DNA of 58,606 nt from a virus: positions 1 to 58,606 of the IMG/VR virus record IMGVR_UViG_3300043478_000020. One strand, written 5' to 3'. Below, in pieces: positions 43,813 through 52,244 of the stretch. Every line of letters begins with the position of its first letter. The stretch's first letter is position 1. Below the pieces are notes generated by a model that saw only the letters and a list, made by a program, of their open reading frames with translations, did no database searches and was not told the DNA's origin. Both the position numbers and the translations under genes were made by a program.

Positions 43813-44390
43813 AACATTCTCTTCGTTCTGGCATGCTGCATCATCCGTGCCCAGTTCTCCGCTAACTCTCGTTTACTGAACTCGATATCCCAGGCCAACA
43901 ACTCAGGCTTATACGGATGCACGTATGGCCCGTTCACAAAGAACGCAATCAGCTTGGCATAGGGTGTTTCCAGGCAGTGGCAGTAACTCATCATCTGGAC
44001 GAAGTACTTATCAAACTTCGGCGGAAACCCATTGGCGACTTCTCTGGGCACTTCTCCGCTAGACATCCAGGTCAGTTTGATTTCTCCAAGTCGAGTACTC
44101 CCGTTGAAGATGATCATGTCAGGGTTGTAGAGAATCCCCTCGTCACTCACCATCTCGTCTGGGCGTTCACTGCGGACCAATCGGCTTCGCAGCGCATCTT
44201 CTAGGAATGTCTCAAACGCCAAACCCGCCTCTAACCTTAGCGGGTCTGGCGCTGTCCCTCTGGTGAATCGCTTCGGCTCCAGGTCTTGGAACATGTCGTT
44301 ATAGATGGTTGACATGTGCAGCCCGCCACTGCGCGGACCACTCACACCAACTAAGTCTTCCAGACCATGGGGCACGGGGGTAATGATCAT
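43809..44390 (-). CDS. PD-(D/E)XK nuclease (YqaJ/lambda-exonuclease-like)
   Basis: NPDMIIF...GEIKLTW (D...ExK) and QMMSYCH. ATG 44390 overlaps the upstream stop (ATGA). Confidence 0.5.
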   Translation of the reverse strand: MIITPVPHGLEDLVGVSGPRSGGLHMSTIYNDMFQDLEPKRFTRGTAPDPLRLEAGLAFETFLEDALRSRLVRSERPDEMVSDEGILYNPDMIIFNGSTRLGEIKLTWMSSGEVPREVANGFPPKFDKYFVQMMSYCHCLETPYAKLIAFFVNGPYVHPYKPELLAWDIEFSKRELAENWARMMQHARTKRML

Positions 44391-44821
44391 GCGGGCACGT
44401 AGTTCTGTGCGAAGAACTGCGCCGCCACCAACCACTGATCGTTATGATCCTTCGGGTTACGGGCAATCATGTCACCTACCTGTGGCGAACCATTATCCGT
44501 ATCAATGATGGCGACACTGATCTTACTCATATCCTCCCCCGGCACATATGGCCGCATCTCGGCAATCTGTGCCTTGCGGTATTGCTTGAACTCACTCATG
44601 AATCCTCCTTTAGGTTGCCAGTCCGCATCAGCCGTACTGCTCCAATCCACGACTTCGTACGCCCATCCTTGTCGATAGTCACAGTCTTGGCAGACCCAGC
44701 CCTCTGGTGTTGCGAGAAGCACCTGATGCCTACTGTCGTTTCCACAGGTATACGGATGAAACGTGTGATTGTGTTGTTGCCTGTTCAGAGCCTCAACCTG
44801 CCCATCGCTAAATACTCCCAT
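44387..44821 (-). CDS. two-part hypothetical protein: Cys/His N-domain plus conserved phage C-domain (AEMRPYVPGE...GDMIARNPKDHNDQWLVA)
   Basis: Internal ATG 44821, 1 nt after the upstream stop. Confidence 0.5.
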   Translation of the reverse strand: MGVFSDGQVEALNRQQHNHTFHPYTCGNDSRHQVLLATPEGWVCQDCDYRQGWAYEVVDWSSTADADWQPKGGFMSEFKQYRKAQIAEMRPYVPGEDMSKISVAIIDTDNGSPQVGDMIARNPKDHNDQWLVAAQFFAQNYVPA

Positions 44822-44822
44822 C

Positions 44823-45041
44823 TTAGGCTCCGTCGTCGTCGTTATCGTTGTTAGGTTCCGTACCTGGCCCGTCCCACACCAACTGCCATTCCCCCAAATC
44901 CTCATCGTAGCTAGCGATAGGCGGCTCATCAGGGTTATGCTTCTTCTCCTCCACATCTCCCGCCCGACGCCGGAAGCGGGAAGTGTTGACCTTCCCAATC
45001 TCCCGGCGCTCAGACCCTTTCTGTCGTGCAAACTTCGACAT
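44823..45041 (-). CDS. small protein, basic N-terminus and acidic C-terminus (72 aa)
   Basis: ORF track entry. Confidence 0.45.
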   Translation of the reverse strand: MSKFARQKGSERREIGKVNTSRFRRRAGDVEEKKHNPDEPPIASYDEDLGEWQLVWDGPGTEPNNDNDDDGA

Positions 45042-45067
45042 TGATTAAATCTCCTTTACCGAACGTA

Positions 45068-45163
45068 GTGGCGTGTGTAGTAGGGGTGCACCCCGACAGT
45101 AGCCAGCAGGCCAAGTGCCCTCAACCTGAACATGTACTTAAAGGCACCTACTACACACGTCAC
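45068..45163 (-). other. long inverted repeat (16/17 bp arms) enclosing a 12-bp palindrome; candidate terminator or processing structure
   Basis: GTGGCGTGTGTAGTAGG (45068..45084) versus CCTACTACACACGTCAC (45147..45163). GGGGTGCACCCC at 45083..45094. Confidence 0.5.
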
Positions 45164-45177
45164 TCTCAGATATGAAA

Positions 45178-46026
45178 TCAGCTTTCCGCGACCAACGACA
45201 ACGTCTGCGTATCCGTGTCGAAGTTGATCAACCCCGCATCGGCCAATCCCGCAAGGTTATCGTCGTTGAACAGGTACTTCCGCACATCCTCACGAGCCGG
45301 ATTGCCCTTCAGCATGGGTGTCGTCAACGTGAGCATGGACAGCTTAGCCTTTGCCAGGGGTTTACCTGCCCTCGTCAGCATCTCGACCAGTGCTGAACCT
45401 GCCAAGTCGTCCAGGTCGATAGGAGGGGCGGCAGCAGCCTTGCCGTTCCCCTTCGCAGCGGTCTTACCCGCAGCCGCACTCTTGCCCACACCCTTCCCAC
45501 CCGGCAACTCATACACCTGATCAATCAGCAGATCCTGATAGTCATACTCCTTGCCGTTCTTGGCCTTACGCTTACCCAACCGCTTGGTGGTTTCCTCGTC
45601 CTTCTTCTGGACAAAGCGTGCCCGTGTGCCAATAATGGCTGAGAAGTCGATGCTATCTTCCGGCAAAAGGGTATCGGGGAATCCCGCACTACACATCGAC
45701 GTGATGAGTTTGGCAAACCCCGTATTCGCGCCCAACTCCCGACCGTCCTCGACTGGCTCCAGTGTGTGACCATCTTCGGAGACGATGAAATCATCAGCCC
45801 CGCCGACAAACAGCGTAGAGGTCACATCCTCGTCTGCCCCATCTGCCCGCACACTCAGCGCACAGTACAACGAATGAAACCGCTCCTTCTTGGTCTTGGG
45901 GTCTTTCCCGGGCGTAAACGCCACCCCGTTAAACTCGTCGGTGAACTGATAGCCCGTGATGGTGCCATCCACGCCGTTCAGAAACCCGCCACCCTTTTTG
46001 AACGAACTCGGTCTTGCTGATGCCAT
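45178..46026 (-). CDS. hypothetical protein (282 aa), possible ssDNA-binding protein
   Basis: Has a Lys/Ala/Gly-rich linker. The SSB idea rests only on its position in the recombination/replication block and the presence of a Sak4-like gene. Confidence 0.4.
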   Translation of the reverse strand: MASARPSSFKKGGGFLNGVDGTITGYQFTDEFNGVAFTPGKDPKTKKERFHSLYCALSVRADGADEDVTSTLFVGGADDFIVSEDGHTLEPVEDGRELGANTGFAKLITSMCSAGFPDTLLPEDSIDFSAIIGTRARFVQKKDEETTKRLGKRKAKNGKEYDYQDLLIDQVYELPGGKGVGKSAAAGKTAAKGNGKAAAAPPIDLDDLAGSALVEMLTRAGKPLAKAKLSMLTLTTPMLKGNPAREDVRKYLFNDDNLAGLADAGLINFDTDTQTLSLVAES

Positions 46027-46068
46027 GTTGTACTCTCCTTGTTGGTTGTTAACGTGTTGTGAAATGAA

Positions 46069-46347
46069 CTACTGCAAATCCGATGCCGATGCCGTGGTAT
46101 CGACAAAATGTATCTGCCCCTGCACATCCTCATTGAGATATTGCACGTACCCTGCCCCCTCAAGTGCATTAAAGATAGTATTGATATATCGTCGTCGTGT
46201 CTTAAAATTCCCCCCGCCTATTCGCCCCAGCACCGCTCTAAGCGTCTTCGCTTCGTCATCAGACATCACCAGCGTAACGGTTGTCTGATCCTCAAGAATG
46301 GTGATCTTCTTCGGCACCTGAGTGGTTGCCTTTGTTGCGGTTGCCAT
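46069..46347 (-). CDS. hypothetical protein (92 aa)
   Basis: Internal ATG 46347, preceded by GGGAGG. Confidence 0.5.
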   Translation of the reverse strand: MATATKATTQVPKKITILEDQTTVTLVMSDDEAKTLRAVLGRIGGGNFKTRRRYINTIFNALEGAGYVQYLNEDVQGQIHFVDTTASASDLQ

Positions 46348-46366
46348 TACAGCCTCCCTGCCAGTG

Positions 46367-46492
46367 CTAACACACCACAATCACCAGAATGATCAACGTG
46401 ACCGCACTCCCGCCCGCGACTGGCCCACCGACGTACAACCCTCCTCCCCCGAACAGAATGAGCAACAACAGCAGTATTACAAGAACATTCAT
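46367..46492 (-). CDS. small membrane protein (41 aa)
   Basis: Hand translation gives MNVLVILLLLLILFGGGGLYVGGPVAGGSAVTLIILVIVVC*. AAGGAG 6 nt upstream. Confidence 0.5.
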   Translation of the reverse strand: MNVLVILLLLLILFGGGGLYVGGPVAGGSAVTLIILVIVVC

Positions 46493-46525
46493 ATCCGTCT
46501 CCTTTGTCCGAAGTTTGTAGGCAGA

Positions 46526-47710
46526 TTACGGACAGACCTTCTGCCATTCCACAGTAATCGGTTTCACTGAGTCAGCAGGTAAATCCATCACTGGCCCCGC
46601 ATGCCTCACCGCAATCCCCGTTTGTTGCTGCAAGAACGTGACCACGCCAAGTTGTGAGAATTGTGTCAAATCATTATCCCCAACATCAGCAGTCGGCCCG
46701 ACCACTATTCCAGACGGCTGGAACTCAAACGTTACTTGTTCATGACGCTGATAGATCGAATGATCAGGGTCAGACAGGTGATACTGGTCGCCTGTGATCG
46801 CCGAGATTCTGTATTGTCCTGCTGGGATACCTCCAAATCCTAGCACAACGGGCGGCAGTTCGCTAGGGAACCAGGGGTTCGGGTAGCCAGCCGGAAAGGT
46901 CGCCAACCACGACGTTTGGCCTGGGAAGAAGTAGAACCCACTACCCTTGGTAGCATCACACACAGGCGGCACTGGCGGCAGTGGTGGCGCAGTCGGAGGG
47001 GTAGGGGGAGGGGGCGTTACAGGTGGAACTGGTGGTGTCGGCGGAACTGGTGGCACCGGAGGCACGACCGGCGGTACAGGCGGTGCTGGAGGCTCTGTAG
47101 GAGGCACAGGAGTCGTCGGAGGGGTAACGGGCGGCACAGGCACCGTTGGGGGCGCTGGCGGCACTGTAGGCGGTTCTGGCGTGCTTGGCGGGGCAACGCA
47201 CTCCCTGGTGTAGTACACCCCCGGCGCATCCCAGAAGTAATTCGCCAGTGTACTCAGTGTCGGTCCTGAAGGTGCAGTCTCCCCGACAATCTTGTAGATA
47301 TCTGTCTGAATCTTGCAGAACTTGGTGTCGTCAAAGGCTAGCCACATCTCTGCCGTTACCCCAGGATCAACGCATGCGACATTCGACCCCTGAATGAACA
47401 CCTGATTATCCTCACTCTTGGTGGCATCCCATGCGACCGTCCAGAAGCATGCCTTCACAGTGGTCGTGTTGACGGTTGTGGTGTGACCGATGGAGGGGAA
47501 GGTTGAACTCGCCTTGCTGGTCTTACCTGTCCGACTCGCTTCCTTTGCTGGAGAAACATTTGGGTCAGCATTTACGGTTAGCGGATTCCCCTTGGAGATA
47601 TCACTACAGCCGGTAAACGCTACGGCTAGTGACAGCCCTAGCACCAGCAGCAGGATACTGAACATGATCGTCGTGATACGGTCGCCGATACGTGTCTGTT
47701 GCTCTCTCAT
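46526..47710 (-). CDS. lipoprotein with ~75-aa polyproline linker between two domains
   Basis: Signal plus lipobox LSLAVAFTGC. Central PPTVPPAPPTVPVPPVTPP...PPLPPVPP. Confidence 0.6.
   Translation of the reverse strand: MREQQTRIGDRITTIMFSILLLVLGLSLAVAFTGCSDISKGNPLTVNADPNVSPAKEASRTGKTSKASSTFPSIGHTTTVNTTTVKACFWTVAWDATKSEDNQVFIQGSNVACVDPGVTAEMWLAFDDTKFCKIQTDIYKIVGETAPSGPTLSTLANYFWDAPGVYYTRECVAPPSTPEPPTVPPAPPTVPVPPVTPPTTPVPPTEPPAPPVPPVVPPVPPVPPTPPVPPVTPPPPTPPTAPPLPPVPPVCDATKGSGFYFFPGQTSWLATFPAGYPNPWFPSELPPVVLGFGGIPAGQYRISAITGDQYHLSDPDHSIYQRHEQVTFEFQPSGIVVGPTADVGDNDLTQFSQLGVVTFLQQQTGIAVRHAGPVMDLPADSVKPITVEWQKVCP
46960..47195 (-). repeat. Pro-rich low-complexity coding repeat (approximate bounds)
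   Basis: GGN/TGG-rich on the + strand. Encodes (P-P-x-P/V)n on the - strand. Confidence 0.6.
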
Positions 47711-47967
47711 CAGCTAATCTCCTTGTCCCAAGTGATTGATTGATAAAGGAATGTCGGTCCCGATATCGATGTTGACTCGAATAGTGCTTTCTCGATCAAG
47801 TCGTCGTGAGCGTTCAGCCCATTTTGTAGTAACTTTTTAACCAGAGCGAGAATGTCCTCATTGGACATCCGTGTTGCTTGTGCTTCTACCTGCTGAAGTT
47901 CTATCGTAGGAAGGGCTGCGCTTGCTAACGCAATACCGAGAAGTTTGAGTAGTGAACGTCTATCCAT
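47710..47967 (-). CDS. small Tat-signal protein with capsid-protein-like segment (85 aa)
   Basis: MDRRSLLKLLGIALASAALP...VEAQA matches the twin-arginine consensus RRxLLK with an AxA site. ALVKKLLQNGLNAHDDLIEKALF matches capsid residues 116-138. Confidence 0.55.
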   Translation of the reverse strand: MDRRSLLKLLGIALASAALPTIELQQVEAQATRMSNEDILALVKKLLQNGLNAHDDLIEKALFESTSISGPTFLYQSITWDKEIS

Positions 47968-48302
47968 TATTCGCAGTTTTCTGCACGACAGGCACAATGG
48001 TCTTTGTAACAAGCAGACCGACACCTGACGTTATCCTCCACCACCACAGCACTATTCGTGCCATCAGGGTTCTGCTCACAGTGTTTATGACAGGTGCAGT
48101 TATGGTCTGGTGCTGCCGGATTATGCACACAGTTCGACCCCGGTGCCGGTTCCTCGTGATTGGGATTGCCCTCGGGCGGTGACGGAATACCTTGAGCCAT
48201 CATGGTCGGCATCATACACGCTAAGTGCGTCGTTGGCGACATGACCATACCCACACTCACGAACAACCCCAACGACACAATAAATGAAGCAATCTTATAC
48301 AT
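47967..48302 (-). CDS. secreted Met/His/Cys-rich protein (111 aa), possible metal binding
   Basis: Signal-like N-terminus. HLACMMPTMMAQG, HNCTCHKHCEQ and CRSACYKDHCACRAENC. Confidence 0.55.
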   Translation of the reverse strand: MYKIASFIVSLGLFVSVGMVMSPTTHLACMMPTMMAQGIPSPPEGNPNHEEPAPGSNCVHNPAAPDHNCTCHKHCEQNPDGTNSAVVVEDNVRCRSACYKDHCACRAENCE

Positions 48303-48565
48303 TACAGTCCCTTCTCCGTTCCAGGCGGATTATGCTCTACTTGCGGCAAGTAGTGCGGGTTCATGATTTGTGGCGGAAAGTCACAGCGGGTGAGTTGTGT
48401 AAAAGCGTGTCCACTTTCATCAACCACGACGCCGATGATTGCTACCCCGCCCTGTAGTCGGCACTCGACGACTCGGTTGTTGCCCGTTGCCAGCAAGTCG
48501 TGCCGAGGGTCGCAGCATTTATCAATCGTCGCTGCCACGATCAAACTCATTAGCCACCATCTCAT
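48302..48565 (-). CDS. signal-anchored small protein (87 aa)
   Basis: MRWWLMSLIVAATI N-terminus. AAGGAG SD. TAATG overlap with the next gene. Confidence 0.5.
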   Translation of the reverse strand: MRWWLMSLIVAATIDKCCDPRHDLLATGNNRVVECRLQGGVAIIGVVVDESGHAFTQLTRCDFPPQIMNPHYLPQVEHNPPGTEKGL

Positions 48566-48765
48566 ACCTTACTCCTTTATCTGAATGTCCAGGGTGCTGT
48601 CGCAACCAGCATCTAGGGGAGCTACCCCCGGTCTTTTGAAAACCCGCGTTAGCCCAAGCTGGTGATAACTCCGTTGGCGTCTACTGACGTAGACAACCAA
48701 CCCTGCTATTCCTTGGCTATTCTGGCCCGTCCGGGTAGCACTTCTTAAACGAACCCCGGTCAACC

Positions 48766-48927
48766 TTATGTCAAAACTGATCCAATAATTTCCTGTTCAA
48801 CCCCATGCCTATACTCTTTCAGAATCGTCACGATCATCGGCACATCACTATCCCGTATCGTCATAATGGCCTTGAGTTTCTTGATGGTGTCCTGTTCCAG
48901 TGACGGTTTGGGGTTGAGTTTGGGCAT
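48766..48927 (-). CDS. possible small protein (53 aa)
   Basis: Hand translation gives MPKLNPKPSLEQDTIKKLKAIMTIRDSDVPMIVTILKEYRHGVEQEIIGSVLT*. Weak SD. Confidence 0.35.
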   Translation of the reverse strand: MPKLNPKPSLEQDTIKKLKAIMTIRDSDVPMIVTILKEYRHGVEQEIIGSVLT

Positions 48928-48954
48928 ATACGGAACCTACTGCAAAGGCTGTGC

Positions 48955-50472
48955 CTAGAGGTTCGGTACTCCCTCCACAAACGTCAAGTGACTCTTTGCC
49001 CGTGACCGTGCCACATACAGGCAGTTATCCTCTTCGATAGTCCGACCCCTGCGATAGAAACTCTCCTGCAACACGTATACCCGATCCGTCTCCAGCCCCT
49101 TCGCTTTGTGAACTGATGAACACAGGATGGTATCGGCTTCCGCTACATCGGTGAACAACCAATCGATTCTGTTCATCAAGTCGTCGGTCGATTCCGCTCC
49201 CTCCAACAGCATCCGCAGCATGTCCGCTTGATCCCTGGTTTTATCGACCATGTCCAGCCGCCCGTAGGAGGCGAAGCGGGTCACTTGGCTACTCTCCCAT
49301 TGGTCGAGTCGTTTGCTCAGTTCTGGAAGGCTCACAGGCACCTTCCCGCCTACCCCCAGCTTCTTCAGCACATCCTGAATATCGCCCCCGATATCCCGCC
49401 CCTTCATGCGGGCACGTTTGCCCTGCTTCAGCAACCGCAACGTGGTACTCATGAGCGGTGCGTTGATCCTCGACAGGATGAAGTCTCCCGCTTTCGCATG
49501 GGTCAGCACCATATCGAAGTAATCCATGGTGTCTACGACGCCGTCATGATTGTTGCTGTTGGCGACGAAGTCGGGCACAAGGGATTGGCACACAGTGACA
49601 ATGTTTTTCCCGCAGCGGAAGGTCTCATTCAACGGCAATTCCCCGGCATTCAACTGCATCTTGAGCCTATCAATGGAATTGGAATCGGCTCCTCGGAACC
49701 CGTAAATAGCCTGCCTATCGTCCCCCACCACACACATCCGACCCCTGCACACCACCTGTGCCAACTCCAACTGTGCCCCAGTCATGTCCTGCGCCTCGTC
49801 TACCACGACCATATCGAAATCCTTAGCGGTCAAACCCCAGATTAGCGGCAGGTTAATCATGTCAGCAAAGTCGATACCGATATCGTAGGTGGGTTCCTTC
49901 GTGGCTGCGACATCCAGCACCCGTAGCACACTTGCTACAACATAATCCAAGTCAAACTTGCCGAAATCCTGGGGCACACAATCGAAGAACAGCGCCAAGT
50001 CTAACACCTGTGACGCCATTGCTCGTGGAGCCATTTCCCGCACCTTGGTGTGTAGTTTCGTGACCAGTTTCTTGACCCCATCAGGCACATCCAGCCCACA
50101 GACCCTATCCGTAAGGCTCTTGGCTCTGGCGTTGTACTTCGTCACCGGCATGCCGCGCCATTCACGACGAATGTACCGATATCCCAGTGCATGAAGCGTC
50201 GATGCCTCTGCTCCTGTCTTACCCGCCAGCTTCTCATTCAACACTTCGGCAATCGGCTTGTTGAAAGCACAGACCAGAATGTCCTCTTCAGGTGCTCGGC
50301 GTACCCCTTCAATGATGGTGGTAGATTTTCCCGTTCCTGCACGCGCACGCACTACCAGATTGTCATAATCCTGAAACCCCTCAAACCAGTGGAATATGCG
50401 GTCCTGCTGCGGTGCCCACGCCCATTGCTGAACAGGTTCCGCAACGGCTTTGGCAAATCCTCGTGCTCCCAT
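48955..50472 (-). CDS. SF1 DNA helicase (UvrD/PcrA-like)
   Basis: Motif I ARAGTGKST, motif II VVVDEAQD, motif III VVGDDRQAIYGFRGA, motif VI VHKAKGLE. Confidence 0.85.
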   Translation of the reverse strand: MGARGFAKAVAEPVQQWAWAPQQDRIFHWFEGFQDYDNLVVRARAGTGKSTTIIEGVRRAPEEDILVCAFNKPIAEVLNEKLAGKTGAEASTLHALGYRYIRREWRGMPVTKYNARAKSLTDRVCGLDVPDGVKKLVTKLHTKVREMAPRAMASQVLDLALFFDCVPQDFGKFDLDYVVASVLRVLDVAATKEPTYDIGIDFADMINLPLIWGLTAKDFDMVVVDEAQDMTGAQLELAQVVCRGRMCVVGDDRQAIYGFRGADSNSIDRLKMQLNAGELPLNETFRCGKNIVTVCQSLVPDFVANSNNHDGVVDTMDYFDMVLTHAKAGDFILSRINAPLMSTTLRLLKQGKRARMKGRDIGGDIQDVLKKLGVGGKVPVSLPELSKRLDQWESSQVTRFASYGRLDMVDKTRDQADMLRMLLEGAESTDDLMNRIDWLFTDVAEADTILCSSVHKAKGLETDRVYVLQESFYRRGRTIEEDNCLYVARSRAKSHLTFVEGVPNL

Positions 50473-50538
50473 GTGCCCCCTTTAGTGAACGGTTGGTTAG
50501 CGGTTAGCGGGTATAGGTGCAAACCGCTTGCCATGTAT

Positions 50539-50799
50539 CTACCACCGTCCAGCCCATTTATTCAAATACTCAATAGCATCGAGTAATCTGCCAATATTTT
50601 CCTCAGCCATCCCAATCAGCACATTACAGCGGGTACACAGCAATCCTCTGTAAACCCCTGTTCGATGGTTGTGATCTTGGCACAGCCTTCTAGACAGTAG
50701 AAACGCATCTACCCGACAAATCGCACACCGCCCGTACTGGCTGTTCAATTTATCGGTGTACTGTGCTTTTGTAATCTTTGGTCGCTTCTGTTTCGGCAT
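50539..50799 (-). CDS. recombination endonuclease VII
   Basis: GRCAICR...CQDHNHRTGVYRGLLCTRCNVLIG is the endo VII signature. Confidence 0.8.
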   Translation of the reverse strand: MPKQKRPKITKAQYTDKLNSQYGRCAICRVDAFLLSRRLCQDHNHRTGVYRGLLCTRCNVLIGMAEENIGRLLDAIEYLNKWAGRW

Positions 50800-50888
50800 A
50801 TAGGTTCCGGTTCTGTTCCTCCCCTCCCTGTCTGTAGACAGGGAGGGTGGTTGGAACTACGAATATAACTTCCTTTAGAATCAACAAC

Positions 50889-51863
50889 TTAATCCAGTTC
50901 CAGGGGTAGTTCCACGTTTGGAGCCGATAACCCCCATAAGCCATTTTCCTTAATGATTTGGCCTGTTTTGACTAGTTCCGAGAAGGATCGATGAAAGGTC
51001 GTTTTTGCGAGGCCCGTGGAACTAAGCCACTCGTCCCAACGCATGGGACCGTTGGCGAGAAAGTCAATAATATGCTTGGATTTCTGCACATTTTCGACAT
51101 CTGTTCGTACCAACACGCAGGAATCCGTATCTGGAACTAGTTCCAGTCGGAATTCCATCGACGGAAAGTGCTCGGCATCCTTCTGCTTGGTACACGCGAC
51201 CTCGACCACGGAACCGTTCTGGGGCCGGGTGACAGAAATCATGGTGTCGGTACCACCCCTGAAGGCGGTGTTGCCCCGCTCGCGTTCCCCATCAAGGCGA
51301 GTGTGGTGAACTGCCAACACCGTTGCCCCGTACTCATGCCTCAACTTATCCAGCCCTGCGATAAACGCTCCCATGTCTTCCTGTTCGTTCTCGTTCCCTT
51401 CGAGGCAGCGAGCCAGAGTGTCAATGATGACCAATCCGGGTGTTTCCTGCAACTCGTTATCCAACCGTTCCATCAAGAGATCCATATCATTGGATTCGCT
51501 CGTGACCGAGATGGATTCGATCAGCCACGCCATGTGGGGGATGTCGGTAATACCACGAGTCTGCATCCAGGCACGGACACGCTTGCTGATGCCCGGCCCA
51601 CCCTCCGCTGCCACGTACAGGCTGTAGCCTTGCCGTACAGCGTTGCCTTGCCACGGGAGGCCCGTCGCTACAGACATGGCAATATCTAGGGCGATAAACG
51701 ATTTAGTGCTCTCTGGAGCGCCATACAAACCACACAATCCGCCTTCTGGCAAGATATTGTCGATGAGCCATTCAGGAGGAGGGAGGGTGAGCAACTCAGC
51801 AGTGCTGTACAACCTCAACGGTCCTGCTGAGGTTAACTGGAAGGCAGAAGGTCGTGAACCCAT
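50889..51863 (-). CDS. RepA/AAA_25-like RecA-fold ATPase (putative replicative helicase or loader) with C-terminal winged-helix-like domain
   Basis: LCGLYGAPESTKSFIALDIAMSVATGLPW (variant P-loop) and VIIDTLARC (Walker B). Confidence 0.6.
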   Translation of the reverse strand: MGSRPSAFQLTSAGPLRLYSTAELLTLPPPEWLIDNILPEGGLCGLYGAPESTKSFIALDIAMSVATGLPWQGNAVRQGYSLYVAAEGGPGISKRVRAWMQTRGITDIPHMAWLIESISVTSESNDMDLLMERLDNELQETPGLVIIDTLARCLEGNENEQEDMGAFIAGLDKLRHEYGATVLAVHHTRLDGERERGNTAFRGGTDTMISVTRPQNGSVVEVACTKQKDAEHFPSMEFRLELVPDTDSCVLVRTDVENVQKSKHIIDFLANGPMRWDEWLSSTGLAKTTFHRSFSELVKTGQIIKENGLWGLSAPNVELPLELD

Positions 51864-52219
51864 TAGTCGGTACCTTCTGTACTGTCGATAACAGTATTCG
51901 GATTCACCTCACCCCCTGTGGTATTTATGGGTTTGCGCTCCAGTTTAACCATAAAGTTGTTGGAACCCTCAATCGGCTCCACACTATAGTCAAGGGTAGA
52001 CAGTTCTTTGATTGTCCAGTCGAACATGGAATCAGACATGACGACACTACCACCAGATTCGCCTAGTACAGCGTAAAAGACAGCTTTGGTCAGTTTCAGA
52101 TTCTTGAATAACTGAACGGCAACATCCCTGGCGTGCAACTTCTCACGTGTCAACACTTTACGATCGATACGGTTGCGGGCGGCTTTACGGGCGGCTTTAC
52201 TGCGTTGAGCCATAGACAC
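51863..52219 (-). CDS. hypothetical protein (118 aa)
   Basis: ORF track entry. Basic N-terminus. Confidence 0.55.
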   Translation of the reverse strand: MSMAQRSKAARKAARNRIDRKVLTREKLHARDVAVQLFKNLKLTKAVFYAVLGESGGSVVMSDSMFDWTIKELSTLDYSVEPIEGSNNFMVKLERKPINTTGGEVNPNTVIDSTEGTD

Positions 52220-52244
52220 ATCCTTATGAGAAACTTACGGTTTA

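Noticed and set aside
46947-47213. Gly-rich + strand ORFs (GGTGGSGG...) that resemble collagen or glycine-rich proteins.
   Set aside because: They are the reverse complement of the polyproline linker of the - strand lipoprotein gene. That gene has a signal peptide, a lipobox and translational coupling to its operon.
48569-48763. 64-codon - strand ORF covering the leader of the envelope operon.
   Set aside because: It has a TTG start with no spacing to any SD-like sequence, an Arg-rich low-information sequence, and its end contains the SD of the next gene. It is treated as non-coding leader instead.
48735-48765. GGGGTTCG, resembling a tRNA T-arm, and a general look for tRNA genes.
   Set aside because: No matching acceptor, D or anticodon stems surround it. 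I found no cloverleaf-compatible region anywhere in the window by eye, but a tRNAscan run is still advisable.
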